The translations under genes and the position numbers were made by a program. From positions 12,400,001 through 12,464,000 of the forward strand of contig OZ024766.1 in NCBI GenBank assembly GCA_964016885.1: a DNA stretch of 64,000 bases, read 5' to 3'. Origin of the DNA: Eledone cirrhosa (lineage: Eukaryota). Below the pieces are notes generated by a model. The model was given only the letters and a program-made list of their open reading frames with translations. It ran no database searches and had not been told where the DNA came from. Of the stretch, positions 36,701 through 51,700 are shown one piece after another (position 1 is the first letter of the stretch; each line of letters begins with the position of its first letter).

Positions 36701-39700
36701 CCAGGGTGAGTTTTAGCAGTACCTCCTTTGACAGAAGTGACAAGGGTGAGTCTTAGCAGTATCTCCTTTGGCAGAAGTGACCAGGGTGAGTCTTAGCAGT
36801 ATCTCCTTTGGCAGAAGTGACCAGGGTGAGTCTTAGCAGTACCTCCTTTGGCAGAAGTGACCAGGGTGAGTCTTAGCAGTATCTCCTTTGGCAGAAGTGA
36901 CCAGGGTGAGTCTTAGCAGTATCTCCTTTGGCAGAAGTGACCAGGGTGAGTCTTAGCAGTACCTCCTTTGGCAGAAGTGACCAGGGTGAGTCTTAGCAGT
37001 ACCTCCTTTGATAGAAGTGACCAGGGTGAGTCTTAGCAGTACCTCCTTTGACAGAAGTGACCAGGGTGAGTCTTAGCAGTACCTCCTTTGACAGAAGTGA
37101 CCAGGGTGAGTCTTAGCATTATCTCCTTTGGCAGAAGTGACCAGGGTGAGTCTTAGCAGTATCTCCTTTGGCAGAAGTGACCAGGGTGAGTCTTAGCAGT
37201 ACCTCCTTTGGCAGAAGTGACCAGGGTGAGTCTTAGCAGTATCTCCTTTGTCAGAAGTGACCAGGGTGAGTCTTAGCAGTACCTCCTTTGGCAGAAGTGA
37301 CCAGGGTGAGTCTTAGCAGTATCTCCTTTGACAGAAGTGACCAGGGTGAGTCTTAGCAGTACCTCCTTTGGCAGAAGTGACCAGGGTGAGTCTTAGCAGT
37401 ACCTCCTTTGGCAGAAGTGACCAGGGTGAGTCTTAGCACTATCTCCTTTGGCAGAAGTGGCCAGGGTGAGTCTTAGTAGTACCTCCTTTGGCAGAAGTGA
37501 CCAGGGTGAGTCTTAGTAGTACCTCCTTTGGCAGAAGTGACCAGGGTGAGTCTTAGCAGTATCTCCTTTGGCAGAAGTGACCAGGGTGAGTCTTAGCAGT
37601 ATCTCCTTTGGCAGAAGTGACCAGGGTGAGTCTTAGCAGTATCTCCTTTGGCAGAAGTGACCAGGGTGAGTCTTAGCAGTATCTCCTTTGGCAGAAGTGA
37701 CCAGGGTGAGTCTTAGCAGTATCTCCTTTGGCAGAAGTGACCAGGGTGAGTCTTAGCAGTACCTCCTTTGGCAGAAGTGACCAGGGTGAGTCTTAGCAGT
37801 ATCTCCTTTGGCAGAAGTGACCAGGGTGAGTCTTAGCAGTATCTCCTTTGGCAGAAGTGACCAGGGTGAGTCTTAGCAGTACCTCCTTTGGCAGAAGTGA
37901 CCAGGGTGAGTCTTAGCAGTATCTTGGCAGAAGTGACCAGGGTGAGTCTTAGCAGTATCTTGGCAGAAGTGACCAGGGTGAGTCTTAGCAGTACCTCCTT
38001 TGGCAGAAGTGACCAGGGTGAGTCTTAGCAGTACCTCCTTTGACAGAAGTGACCAGGGTGAGTCTTAGCACTATCTCCTTTGGCAGAAGTGACCAGGGTG
38101 AGTCTTAGCAGTACCTCCTTTGGCAGAAGTGACCAGGGTGAGTCTTAGCACTATCTCCTTTGGCAGAAGTGACCAGGGTGAGTCTTAGCAGTATCTCCTT
38201 TTGCAGAAGTGACCAGGGTGAGTCTTAGCAGTACCTCCTTTGGCAGAAGTGACCAGGGTGAGTCTTAGCAGTACCTCCTTTGGCAGAAGTGACCAGGGTG
38301 AGTCTTAGCAGTACCTCCTTTGGCAGAAGTGACCAGGGTGAGTCTTAGCACTATCTCCTTTGGCAGAAGTGACCAGGGTGAGTCTTAGCAGTATCTCCTT
38401 TTGCAGAAGTGACCAGGGTGAGTCTTAGCAGTACCTCCTTTGGCAGAAGTGACCAGGGTGAGTCTTAGCAGTACCTCCTTTGGCAGAAGTGACCAGGGTG
38501 AGTCTTAGCACTATCTCCTTTGGCAGAAGTGACCAGGATGAGTCTTAGCAGTATCTCCTTTGGCAGAAGTGACCAGGGTGAGTCTTAGCAGTATCTCCTT
38601 TGGCAGAAGTGACCAGGGTGAGTCTTAGCAGTACCTCCTTTGGCAGAAGTGACCAGGGTGAGTCTTAGTAGTACCTCCTTTGGCAGAAGTGACCAGGGTG
38701 AGTCTTAGCAGTACCTCCTTTGACAGAAGTGACCAGGGTGAGTCTTAGCAGTACCTCCTTTGATAGAAGTGACCAGGGTGAGTCTTAGCAGTACCTCCTT
38801 TGACAGAAGTGACCAGGGTGCGTCTTAGCAGTACCTCCTTTGACAGAAGTGACCAGGGTGAGTCGTAGCAGTATCTCCTTTGGCAGAAGTGACCAGGGTG
38901 AGTCTTAGCAGTATCTCCTTTGGCAGAAGTGACCAGGGTGAGTCTTAGCAGTACCTCCTTTGGCAGAAGTGACCAGGGTGAGTCTTAGCAGTATCTCCTT
39001 TGGCAGAAGTGACCAGGGTGAGTCTTAGCAGTACCTCCTTTGGCAGAAGTGACCAGGGTGAGTCTTAGCAGTATCTCCTTTGACAGAAGTGACCAGGGTG
39101 AGTCTTAGCAGTATCTCTTTTGGCAGAAGTGACCAGGGTGAGTCTTAGCAGTATCTCCTTTGGCAGAAGTGACCAGGGTGAGTCTTAGCAGTATCTCCTT
39201 TGGCATAAGTGACCAGGGTGAGTCTTAGCAGTACCTCCTTTGGCAGAAGTGACCAGGGTGAGTCTTAGCAGTACCTCCTTTGGCAGAAGTGACCAGGGTG
39301 AGTCTTAGCACTATCTCCTTTGGCAGAAGTGACCAGGGTGAGTCTTAGTAGTACCTCCTTTGGCAGAAGTGACCAGGGTGAGTCTTAGTAGTACCTCCTT
39401 TGGCAGAAGTGACCAGGGTGAGTCTTAGCAGTATCTCCTTTGGCAGAAGTGACCAGGGTGAGTCTTAGCAGTATCTCCTTTGGCGGAAGTGACCAGGGTG
39501 AGTCTTAGCTGTATCTCCTTTGGCAGAAGTGACCAGGGTGAGTCTTAGCAGTATCTCCTTTGGCAGAAGTGACCAGGGTGAGTCTTAGCAGTATCTCCTT
39601 TGGCAGAAGTGACCAGGGTGAGTCTTAGCAGTACCTCCTTTGGCAGAAGTGACCAGGGTGAGTCTTAGCAGTATCTCCTTTGGCAGAAGTGACCAGGGTG

Positions 39701-42700
39701 AGTCTTAGCAGTATCTCCTTTGGCAGAAGTGACCAGGGTGAGTCTTAGCAGTACCTCCTTTGGCAGAAGTGACCAGGGTGAGTCTTAGCAGTATCTTGGC
39801 AGAAGTGACCAGGGTGAGTCTTAGCAGTATCTTGGCAGAAGTGACCAGGGTGAGTCTTAGCAGTACCTCCTTTGGCAGAAGTGACCAGGGTGAGTCTTAG
39901 CAGTATCTCCTTTGGCAGAAGTGACCAGGGTGAGTCTTAGCAGTATCTCCTTTGGCAGAAGTGACCAGGGTGAGTCTTAGCACTATCTCCTTTGGCAGAA
40001 GTGACCAGGGTGAGTCTTAGCAGTACCTCCTTTGGCAGAAGTGACCAGGGTGAGTCTTAGCAGTATCTCCTTTGGCAGAAGTGACCAGGGTGAGTCTTAG
40101 CACTATCTCCTTTGGCAGAAGTGACCAGGGTGAGTCTTAGTAGTACCTCCTTTGGCAGAAGTGACCAGGGTGAGTCTTAGTAGTACCTCCTTTGGCAGAA
40201 GTGACCAGGGTGAGTCTTAGCAGTATCTCCTTTGGCAAAAGTGACCAGGGTGAGTCTTAGTAGTACCTCCTTTGGCAGAAGTGACCAGGGTGAGTCTTAG
40301 CAGTATCTCCTTTGGCAGAAGTGACCAGGGTGAGTCTTAGTAGTACCTCCTTTGGCAGAAGTGACCAGGGTGAGTCTTAGCAGTATCTCCTTTGGCAGAA
40401 GTGACCAGGGTGAGTCTTAGCAGTATCTCCTTTGGCAGAAGTGACCAGGGTGAGTCTTAGCAGTATCTCCTTTGGCAGAAGTGACCAGGGTGAGTCTTAG
40501 CAGTATCTCCTTTGGCAGAAGTGACCAGGGTGAGTCTTAGCAGTATCTCCTTTGGCAGAAGTGACCAGGGTGAGTCTTAGCAGTATCTCCTTTGGCAGAA
40601 GTGACCAGGGTGAGTCTTAGCAGTATCTCCTTTGGCAGAAGTGACCAGGGTGAGTCTTAGCAGTATCTCCTTTGGCAGAAGTGACCAGTGTGAGTCTTAG
40701 CAGTATCTCCTTTGGCAGAAGTGACCAGCGTGAGTCTTAGCAGTATCTCCTTTGGCAGAAGTGACCAGGGTGAGTCTTAGCAGTACCTCCTTTGGCAGAA
40801 GTGACCAGGGTGAGTCTTAGCAGTATCTCCTTTGGCAGAAGTGACCAGGGTGAGTCTTAGCAGTATCTCCTTTGGCAGAAGTGACCAGGGTGAGTCTTAA
40901 CAGTATCTCCTTTGGCAGAAGTGACCAGGGTGAGTCTTAGCAGTATCTCCTTTGGCAGAAGTGACCAGGGTGAGTCTTAGCAGTATCTCCTTTGGCAGAA
41001 GTGACCAGGGTGAGTCTTAGCAGTATATCCTTTGGCAGAAGTGACCAGGGTGAGTCTTAGCAGTATCTCCTTTGGCAGAAGTGACCAGGGTGAGTCTTAG
41101 CAGTATCTCCTTTGGCAGAAGTGACCAGGGTGAGTCTTAGCAGTATCTCCTTTGGCAGAAGTGACCAGGGTGAGTCTTAGCAGTACCTCCTTTGGCAGAA
41201 GTGACCAGGGTGAGTCTTAGCAGTATCTCCTTTGGCAGAAGTGACCAGGGTGAGTCTTAGCAGTATCTCCTTTGGCAGAAGTGACCAGGGTGAGTCTTAG
41301 CAGTACCTCCTTTGGCAGAAGTGACCAGGGTGAGTCTTAGCAGTATCTTGGCAGAAGTGACCAGGGTGAGTCTTAGCAGTATCTTGGCAGAAGTGACCAG
41401 GGTGAGTCTTAGCAGTATCTCCTTTGGCAGAAGTGACCAGGGTGAGTCTTAGCAGTATCTCCTTTGGCAGAAGTGACCAGTGTGAGTCTTAGCAGTATCT
41501 CCTTTGGCAGAAGTGACCAGCGTGAGTCTTAGCAGTATCTCCTTTGGCAGAAGTGACCAGGGTGAGTCTTAGCAGTACCTCCTTTGGCAGAAGTGACCAG
41601 GGTGAGTCTTAGCAGTATCTCCTTTGGCAGAAGTGACCAGGGTGAGTCTTAGCAGTATCTCCTTTGGCAGAAGTGACCAGGGTGAGTCTTAACAGTATCT
41701 CCTTTGGCAGAAGTGACCAGGGTGAGTCTTAGCAGTATCTCCTTTGGCAGAAGTGACCAGGGTGAGTCTTAGCAGTATCTCCTTTGGCAGAAGTGACCAG
41801 GGTGAGTCTTAGCAGTATCTCCTTTGGCAGAAGTGACCAGGGTGAGTCTTAGCAGTATCTCCTTTGGCAGAAGTGACCAGGGTGAGTCTTAGCAGTATCT
41901 CCTTTGGCAGAAGTGACCAGGGTGAGTCTTAGCAGTATCTCCTTTGGCAGAAGTGACCAGGGTGAGTCTTAGCAGTACCTCCTTTGGCAGAAGTGACCAG
42001 GGTGAGTCTTAGCAGTATCTCCTTTGGCAGAAGTGACCAGGGTGAGTCTTAGCAGTATCTCCTTTGGCAGAAGTGACCAGGGTGAGTCTTAGCAGTACCT
42101 CCTTTGGCAGAAGTGACCAGGGTGAGTCTTAGCAGTATCTTGGCAGAAGTGACCAGGGTGAGTCTTAGCAGTATCTTGGCAGAAGTGACCAGGGTGAGTC
42201 TTAGCAGTACCTCCTTTGGCAGAAGTGACCAGGGTGAGTCTTAGCACTATCTCCTTTGGCAGAAGTGACCAGGGTGAGCCTTAGCAGTATCTCCTTTGGC
42301 AGAAGTGACCAGGGTGAGTCTTAGCAGTATCTCCTTTGGCAGAAGTGACCAGGGTGAGTCTTAGCAGTACCTCCTTTGGCAGAAGTGACCAGGGTGAGTC
42401 TTAGCAGTACCTCCTTTGACAGAAGTGACCAGGGTGAGTCGTAGCAGTATCTCCTTTGGCAGAAGTGACCAGGGTGAGTCTTAGCAGTATCTCCTTTGGC
42501 AGAAGTGACCAGGGTGAGTCTTAGCAGTACCTCCTTTGGCAGAAGTGACCAGGGTGAGTCTTAGCAGTATCTCCTTTGGCAGAAGTGACCAGGGTGAGTC
42601 TTAGCAGTACCTCCTTTGGCAGAAGTGACCAGGGTGAGTCTTAGCAGTATCTCCTTTGACAGAAGTGACCAGGGTGAGTCTTAGCAGTATCTCTTTTGGC

Positions 42701-45700
42701 AGAAGTGACCAGGGTGAGTCTTAGCAGTATCTCCTTTGGCAGAAGTGACCAGGGTGAGTCTTAGCAGTATCTCCTTTGGCATAAGTGACCAGGGTGAGTC
42801 TTAGCAGTACCTCCTTTGGCAGAAGTGACCAGGGTGAGTCTTAGCAGTACCTCCTTTGGCAGAAGTGACCAGGGTGAGTCTTAGCACTATCTCCTTTGGC
42901 AGAAGTGACCAGGGTGAGTCTTAGTAGTACCTCCTTTGGCAGAAGTGACCAGGGTGAGTCTTAGTAGTACCTCCTTTGGCAGAAGTGACCAGGGTGAGTC
43001 TTAGCAGTATCTCCTTTGGCAGAAGTGACCAGGGTGAGTCTTAGCAGTATCTCCTTTGGCGGAAGTGACCAGGGTGAGTCTTAGCTGTATCTCCTTTGGC
43101 AGAAGTGACCAGGGTGAGTCTTAGCAGTATCTCCTTTGGCAGAAGTGACCAGGGTGAGTCTTAGCAGTATCTCCTTTGGCAGAAGTGACCAGGGTGAGTC
43201 TTAGCAGTACCTCCTTTGGCAGAAGTGACCAGGGTGAGTCTTAGCAGTATCTCCTTTGGCAGAAGTGACCAGGGTGAGTCTTAGCAGTATCTCCTTTGGC
43301 AGAAGTGACCAGGGTGAGTCTTAGCAGTACCTCCTTTGGCAGAAGTGACCAGGGTGAGTCTTAGCAGTATCTTGGCAGAAGTGACCAGGGTGAGTCTTAG
43401 CAGTATCTTGGCAGAAGTGACCAGGGTGAGTCTTAGCAGTACCTCCTTTGGCAGAAGTGACCAGGGTGAGTCTTAGCAGTATCTCCTTTGGCAGAAGTGA
43501 CCAGGGTGAGTCTTAGCAGTATCTCCTTTGGCAGAAGTGACCAGGGTGAGTCTTAGCACTATCTCCTTTGGCAGAAGTGACCAGGGTGAGTCTTAGCAGT
43601 ACCTCCTTTGGCAGAAGTGACCAGGGTGAGTCTTAGCAGTATCTCCTTTGGCAGAAGTGACCAGGGTGAGTCTTAGCAGTATCTCCTTTGGCAGAAGTGA
43701 CCAGGGTGAGTCTTAGTAGTACCTCCTTTAGCAGAAGTGACCAGGGTGAGTCTTAGTAGTACCTCCTTTGGCAGAAGTGACCAGGGTGAGTCTTAGCAGT
43801 ATCTCCTTTGGCAGAAGTGACCAGGGTGAGTCTTAGTAGTACCTCCTTTGGCAGAAGTGACCAGGGTGAGTCTTAGCAGTATCTCCTTTGGCAGAAGTGA
43901 CCAGGGTGAGTCTTAGTAGTACCTCCTTTGGCAGAAGTGACCAGGGTGAGTCTTAGCAGTATCTCCTTTGGCAGAAGTGACCAGGGTGAGTCTTAGCAGT
44001 ATCTCCTTTGGAAGAAGTGACCAGGGTGAGTCTTAGCAGTATCTCCTTTGGCAGAAGTGACCAGGGTGAGTCTTAGCAGTATCTCCTTTGGCAGAAGTGA
44101 CCAGGGTGAGTCTTAGCAGTATCTCCTTTGGCAGAAGTCACCAGGGTGAGTCTTAGCAGTATCTCCTTTGGCAGAAGTGACCAGGGTGAGTCTTAGCAGT
44201 ATCTCCTTTGGCAGAAGTGACCAGGGTGAGTCTTAGCAGTATCTCCTTTGGCAGAAGTGACCAGGGTGAGTCTTAGCAGTATCTCCTTTGGCAGAAGTGA
44301 CCAGCGTGAGTCTTAGCAGTATCTCCTTTGGCAGAAGTGACCAGGGTGAGTCTTAGCAGTACCTCCTTTGGCAGAAGTGACCAGGGTGAGTCTTAGCAGT
44401 ATCTCCTTTGGCAGAAGTGACCAGGGTGAGTCTTAGCAGTATCTCCTTTGGCAGAAGTGACCAGGGTGAGTCTTAGCAGTATCTCCTTTGGCAGAAGTGA
44501 CCAGGGTGAGTCTTAGCAGTATCTCCTTTGGCAGAAGTGACCAGGGTGAGTCTTAGCAGTATCTCCTTTGGCAGAAGTGACCAGGGTGAGTCTTAGCAGT
44601 ATCTCCTTTGGCAGAAGTGACCAGGGTGAGTCTTAGCAGTATCTCCTTTGGCAGAAGTGACCAGGGTGAGTCTTAGCAGTATCTCCTTTGGCAGAAGTGA
44701 CCAGGGTGAGTCTTAGCAGTACCTCCTTTGGCAGAAGTGACCAGGGTGAGTCTTAGCAGTATCTCCTTTGGCAGAAGTGACCAGGGTGAGTCTTAGCAGT
44801 ATCTCCTTTGGCAGAAGTGACCAGGGTGAGTCTTAGCAGTACCTCCTTTGGCAGAAGTGACCAGGGTGAGTCTTAGCAGTATCTTGGCAGAAGTGACCAG
44901 GGTGAGTCTTAGCAGTATCTTGGCAGAAGTGACCAGGGTGAGTCTTAGCAGTACCTCCTTTGGCAGAAGTGACCAGGGTGAGTCTTAGCACTATCTCCTT
45001 TGGCAGAAGTGACCAGGGTGAGCCTTAGCAGTATCTCCTTTGGCAGAAGTGACCAGGGTGAGTCTTAGCAGTATCTCCTTTGGCAGAAGTGACCAGGGTG
45101 AGTCTTAGCAGTACCTCCTTTGGCAGAAGTGACCAGGGTGAGTCTTAGTAGTACCTCCTTTGGCAGAAGTGACCAGGGTGAGTCTTAGCAGTACCTCCTT
45201 TGACAGAAGTGACCAGGGTGAGTCTTAGCAGTACCTCCTTTGATAGAAGTGACCAGGGTGAGTCTTAGCAGTACCTCCTTTGACAGAAGTGACCAGGGTG
45301 AGTCTTAGCAGTTCCACCTTTGACAGAAGTGACCAGGGTGAGTCTTAGCAGTATCTCCTTTGGCAGAAGTGACCAGGGTGAGTCTTAGCAGTATCTCCTT
45401 TGGCAGAAGTGACCAGGGTGAGTCTTAGCAGTACCTCCTTTGGCAGAAGTGACCAGGGTGAGTCTTAGCAGTATCTCCTTTGGCAGAAGTGACCAGGGTG
45501 AGTCTTAGCAGTACCTCCTTTGGCAGAAGTTACCAGGGTGAGTCTTAGCAGTATCTCCTTTGACAGAAGTGACCAGGGTGAGTCTTAGCAGTATCTCTTT
45601 TGGCAGAAGTGACCAGGGTGAGTCTTAGCAGTATCTCCTTTGGCAGAAGTGACCAGGGTGAGTCTTAGCAGTATCTCCTTTGGCATAAGTGACCAGGGTG

Positions 45701-48700
45701 AGTCTTAGCAGTACCTCCTTTGGCAGAAGTGACCAGGGTGAGTCTTAGCAGTACCTCCTTTGGCAGAAGTGACCAGGGTGAGTCTTAGCACTATCTCCTT
45801 TGGCAGAAGTGACCAGGGTGAGTCTTAGTAGTACCTCCTTTGGCAGAAGTGACCAGGGTGAGTCTTAGTAGTACCTCCTTTGGCAGAAGTGACCAGGGTG
45901 AGTCTTAGCAGTACCTCCTTTGGCAGAAGTGACCAGGGTGAGTCTTAGCAGTATCTCCTTTGACAGAAGTGACCAGGGTGAGTCTTAGCTGTATCTCCTT
46001 TGGCAGAAGTGACCAGGGTGAGTCTTAGCAGTATCTCCTTTGGCAGAAGTGACCAGGGTGAGTCTTAGCAGTATCTCCTTTGGCAGAAGTGACCAGGGTG
46101 AGTCTTAGCAGTACCTCCTTTGGCAGAAGTGACCAGGGTGAGTCTTAGCAGTATCTCCTTTGACAGAAGTGACCAGGGTGAGTCTTAGCAGTATCTCTTT
46201 TGGCAGAAGTGACCAGGGTGAGTCTTAGCAGTATCTCCTTTGGCAGAAGTGACCAGGGTGAGTCTTAGCAGTATCTCCTTTGGCATAAGTGACCAGGGTG
46301 AGTCTTAGCAGTACCTCCTTTGGCAGAAGTGACCAGGGTGAGTCTTAGCAGTACCTCCTTTGGCAGAAGTGACCAGGGTGAGTCTTAGCACTATCTCCTT
46401 TGGCAGAAGTGACCAGGGTGAGTCTTAGTAGTACCTCCTTTGGCAGAAGTGACCAGGGTGAGTCTTAGTAGTACCTCCTTTGGCAGAAGTGACCAGGGTG
46501 AGTCTTAGCAGTATCTCCTTTGGCAGAAGTGACCAGGGTGAGTCTTAGCAGTATCTCCTTTGGCGGAAGTGACCAGGGTGAGTCTTAGCTGTATCTCCTT
46601 TGGCAGAAGTGACCAGGGTGAGTCTTAGCAGTATCTCCTTTGGCAGAAGTGACCAGGGTGAGTCTTAGCAGTATCTCCTTTGGCAGAAGTGACCAGGGTG
46701 AGTCTTAGCAGTACCTCCTTTGGCAGAAGTGACCAGGGTGAGTCTTAGCAGTATCTCCTTTGGCAGAAGTGACCAGGGTGAGTCTTAGCAGTATCTCCTT
46801 TGGCAGAAGTGAGCAGGGTGAGTCTTAGCAGTATCTCCTTTGGCAGAAGTGACCAGGGTGAGTCTTAGCAGTATCTCCTTTGGCAGAAGTGACCAGGGTG
46901 AGTCTTAGCAGTATCTCCTTTGGCAGAAGTGACCAGGGTGAGTCTTAGCAGTATCTCCTTTGGCAGAAGTGACCAGGGTGAGTCTTAGCAGTATCTCCTT
47001 TGGCAGAAGTGACCAGGGTGAGTCTTAGCAGTACCTCCTTTGGCAGAAGTGACCAGGGTGAGTCTTAGCAGTATCTCCTTTGGCAGAAGTGACCAGGGTG
47101 AGTCTTAGCAGTATCTCCTTTGGCAGAAGTGACCAGGGTGAGTCTTAGCAGTATCTCCTTTGGCAGAAGTGACCAGGGTGAGTCTTAGCAGTATCTCCTT
47201 TGGCAGAAGTGACCAGGGTGAGTCTTAGCAGTATCTCCTTTGGCAGAAGTGACCAGGGTGAGTCTTAGCAGTATCTCCTTTGGCAGAAGTGACCAGGGTG
47301 AGTCTTAGCAGTATCTCCTTTGGCAGAAGTGACCAGGGTGAGTCTTAGCAGTATCTCCTTTGGCAGAAGTGACCAGGGTGAGTCTTAGCAGTATCTCCTT
47401 TGGCAGAAGTGACCAGGGTGAGTCTTAGCAGTACCTCCTTTGGCAGAAGTGACCAGGGTGAGTCTTAGCAGTATCTCCTTTGGCAGAAGTGACCAGGGTG
47501 AGTCTTAGCAGTATCTCCTTTGGCAGAAGTGACCAGGGTGAGTCTTAGCAGTACCTCCTTTGGCAGAAGTGACCAGGGTGAGTCTTAGCAGTATCTTGGC
47601 AGAAGTGACCAGGGTGAGTCTTAGCAGTATCTTGGCAGAAGTGACCAGGGTGAGTCTTAGCAGTACCTCCTTTGGCAGAAGTGACCAGGGTGAGTCTTAG
47701 CACTATCTCCTTTGGCAGAAGTGACCAGGGTGAGCCTTAGCAGTATCTCCTTTGGCAGAAGTGACCAGGGTGAGTCTTAGCAGTATCTCCTTTGGCAGAA
47801 GTGACCAGGGTGAGTCTTAGCAGTACCTCCTTTGGCAGAAGTGACCAGGGTGAGTCTTAGTAGTACCTCCTTTGGCAGAAGTGACCAGGGTGAGTCTTAG
47901 CAGTACCTCCTTTGACAGAAGTGACCAGGGTGAGTCTTAGCAGTACCTCCTTTGATAGAAGTGACCAGGGTGAGTCTTAGCAGTACCTCCTTTGACAGAA
48001 GTGACCAGGGTGAGTCTTAGCAGTACCACCTTTGACAGAAGTGACCAGGGTGAGTCTTAGCAGTATCTCCTTTGGCAGAAGTGACCAGGGTGAGTCTTAG
48101 CAGTATCTCCTTTGGCAGAAGTGACCAGGGTGAGTCTTAGCAGTACCTCCTTTGGCAGAAGTGACCAGGGTGAGTCTTAGCAGTATCTCCTTTGGCAGAA
48201 GTGACCAGGGTGAGTCTTAGCAGTACCTCCTTTGGCAGAAGTTACCAGGGTGAGTCTTAGCAGTATCTCCTTTGACAGAAGTGACCAGGGTGAGTCTTAG
48301 CAGTATCTCTTTTGGCAGAAGTGACCAGGGTGAGTCTTAGCAGTATCTCCTTTGGCAGAAGTGACCAGGGTGAGTCTTAGCAGTATCTCCTTTGGCATAA
48401 GTGACCAGGGTGAGTCTTAGCAGTACCTCCTTTGGCAGAAGTGACCAGGGTGAGTCTTAGCAGTACCTCCTTTGGCAGAAGTGACCAGGGTGAGTCTTAG
48501 CACTATCTCCTTTGGCAGAAGTGACCAGGGTGAGTCTTAGTAGTACCTCCTTTGGCAGAAGTGACCAGGGTGAGTCTTAGTAGTACCTCCTTTGGCAGAA
48601 GTGACCAGGGTGAGTCTTAGCAGTATCTCCTTTGGCGGAAGTGACCAGGGTGAGTCTTAGCTGTATCTCCTTTGGCAGAAGTGACCAGGGTGAGTCTTAG

Positions 48701-51700
48701 CAGTATCTCCTTTGGCAGAAGTGACCAGGGTGAGTCTTAGCAGTATCTCCTTTGGCAGAAGTGACCAGGGTGAGTCTTAGCAGTACCTCCTTTGGCAGAA
48801 GTGACCAGGGTGAGTCTTAGCAGTATCTCCTTTGGCAGAAGTGACCAGGGTGAGTCTTAGCAGTATCTCCTTTGGCAGAAGTGACCAGGGTGAGTCTTAG
48901 CAGTACCTCCTTTGGCAGAAGTGACCAGTGTGAGTCTTAGCAGTATCTTGGCAGAAGTGACCAGGGTGAGTCTTAGCAGTATCTTGGCAGAAGTGACCAG
49001 GGTGAGTCTTAGCAGTACCTCCTTTGGCAGAAGTGACCAGGGTGAGTCTTAGCAGTATCTCCTTTGGCAGAAGTGACCAGGGTGAGTCTTAGCAGTATCT
49101 CCTTTGGCAGAAGTGACCAGGGTGAGTCTTAGCACTATCTCCTTTGGCAGAAGTGACCAGGGTGAGTCTTAGCAGTACCTCCTTTGGCAGAAGTGACCAG
49201 GGTGAGTCTTAGCAGTATCTCCTTTGGCAGAAGTGACCAGGGTGAGTCTTAGTAGTACCTCCTTTGGCAGAAGTGACCAGGGTGAGTCTTAGCAGTATCT
49301 CCTTTGGCAGAAGTGACCAGGGTGAGTCTTAGTAGTACCTCCTTTGGCAGAAGTGACCAGGGTGAGTCTTAGCAGTATCTCCTTTGGCAGAAGTGACCAG
49401 GGTGAGTCTTAGCAGTATCTCCTTTGACAGAAGTGACCAGGGTGAGTCTTAGCAGTACCTCCTTTGGCAGAAGTGACCAGGGTGAGTCTTAGCAGTATCT
49501 CCTTTGGCAGAAGTGACCAGGGTTAGTCTTAGCAGTATCTCTTTTGGCAGAAGTGACCAGGGTGAGTCTTAGCAGTATCTCCTTTGGCAGAAGTGACCAG
49601 GGTTAGTCTTAGCAGTATCTCGTTTGGCAGAAGTGACCAGGGTGAGTCTTAGCAGTATCTCCTTTGGCAGAAGTGACCAGGGTGAGTCTTAGCAGTATCT
49701 CCTTTGGCAGAAGTGACCAGGGTGAGTCTTAGCAGTATCTCCTTTGGCAGAAGTGACCAGGGTGAGTCTTAGCAGTATCTCCTTTGGCAGAAGTGACCAG
49801 GGTGAGTCTTAGCAGTATCTCCTTTGGCAGAAGTGACCAGGGTGAGTCTTAGCAGTATCTCCTTTGGCAGAAGTGACCAGGGTGAGTCTTAGCAGTACCT
49901 CCTTTGGCAGAAGTGACCAGGGTGAGTCTTAGCAGTATCTCCTTTGGCAGAAGTGACCAGGGTGAGTCTTAGCAGTATCTCCTTTGGCAGAAGTGACCAG
50001 GGTGAGTCTTAGCAGTATCTCCTTTGGCAGAAGTGACCAGGGTGAGTCTTAGCAGTATCTCCTTTGGCAGAAGTGACCAGGGTGAGTCTTAGCAGTATCT
50101 CCTTTGGCAGAAGTGACCAGGGTGAGTCTTAGCAGTATCTCCTTTGGCAGAAGTGACCAGGGTGAGTCTTAGCAGTATCTCCTTTGGCAGAAGTGACCAG
50201 GGTGAGTCTTAGCAGTATCTCCTTTGGCAGAAGTGACCAGGGTGAGTCTTAGCAGTATCTCCTTTGGCAGAAGTGACCAGGGTGAGTCTTAGCAGTACCT
50301 CCTTTGGCAGAAGTGACCAGGGTGAGTCTTAGCAGTATCTCCTTTGGCAGAAGTGACCAGGGTGAGTCTTAGCAGTATCTCCTTTGGCAGAAGTGACCAG
50401 GGTGAGTCTTAGCAGTACCTCCTTTGGCAGAAGTGACCAGGGTGAGTCTTAGCAGTATCTTGGCAGAAGTGACCAGGGTGAGTCTTAGCAGTATCTTGGC
50501 AGAAGTGACCAGGGTGAGTCTTAGCAGTACCTCCTTTGGCAGAAGTGACCAGGGTGAGTCTTAGCACTATCTCCTTTGGCAGAAGTGACCAGGGTGAGCC
50601 TTAGCAGTATCTCCTTTGGCAGAAGTGACCAGGGTGAGTCTTAGCAGTATCTCCTTTGGCAGAAGTGACCAGGGTGAGTCTTAGCAGTACCTCCTTTGGC
50701 AGAAGTGACCAGGGTGAGTCTTAGTAGTACCTCCTTTGGCAGAAGTGACCAGGGTGAGTCTTAGCAGTACCTCCTTTGACAGAAGTGACCAGGGTGAGTC
50801 TTAGCAGTACCTCCTTTGATAGAAGTGACCAGGGTGAGTCTTAGCAGTACCTCCTTTGACAGAAGTGACCAGGGTGAGTCTTAGCAGTACCTCCTTTGAC
50901 AGAAGTGACCAGGGTGAGTCTTAGCAGTATCTCCTTTGGCAGAAGTGACCAGGGTGAGTCTTAGCAGTATCTCCTTTGGCAGAAGTGACCAGGGTCAGTC
51001 TTAGTAGTACCTCCTTTGGCAGAAGTGACCAGGGTGAGTCTTAGCAGTATCTCCTTTGGCAGAAGTGACCAGGGTGAGTCTTAGCAGTACCTCCTTTGGC
51101 AGAAGTTACCAGGGTGAGTCTTAGCAGTATCTCCTTTGACAGAAGTGACCAGGGTGAGTCTTAGCAGTATCTCTTTTGGCAGAAGTGACCAGGGTGAGTC
51201 TTAGCAGTATCTCCTTTGGCAGAAGTGACCAGGGTGAGTCTTAGCAGTATCTCCTTTGGCATAAGTGACCAGGGTGAGTCTTAGCAGTACCTCCTTTGGC
51301 AGAAGTGACCAGGGTGAGTCTTAGCAGTACCTCCTTTGGCAGAAGTGACCAGGGTGAGTCTTAGCAGTATCTCCTTTGGCAGAAGTGACCAGGGTGAGTC
51401 TTAGTAGTACCTCCTTTGGCAGAAGTGACCAGGGTGAGTCTTAGTAGTACCTCCTTTGGCAGAAGTGACCAGGGTGAGTCTTAGCAGTATCTCCTTTGGC
51501 AGAAGTGACCAGGGTGAGTCTTAGCAGTATCTCCTTTGGCGGAAGTGACCAGGGTGAGTCTTAGCTGTATCTCCTTTGGCAGAAGTGACCAGGGTGAGTC
51601 TTAGCAGTATCTCCTTTGGCAGAAGTGACCAGGGTGAGTCTTAGCAGTATCTCCTTTGGCAGAAGTGACCAGGGTGAGTCTTAGCAGTATCTCCTTTGGC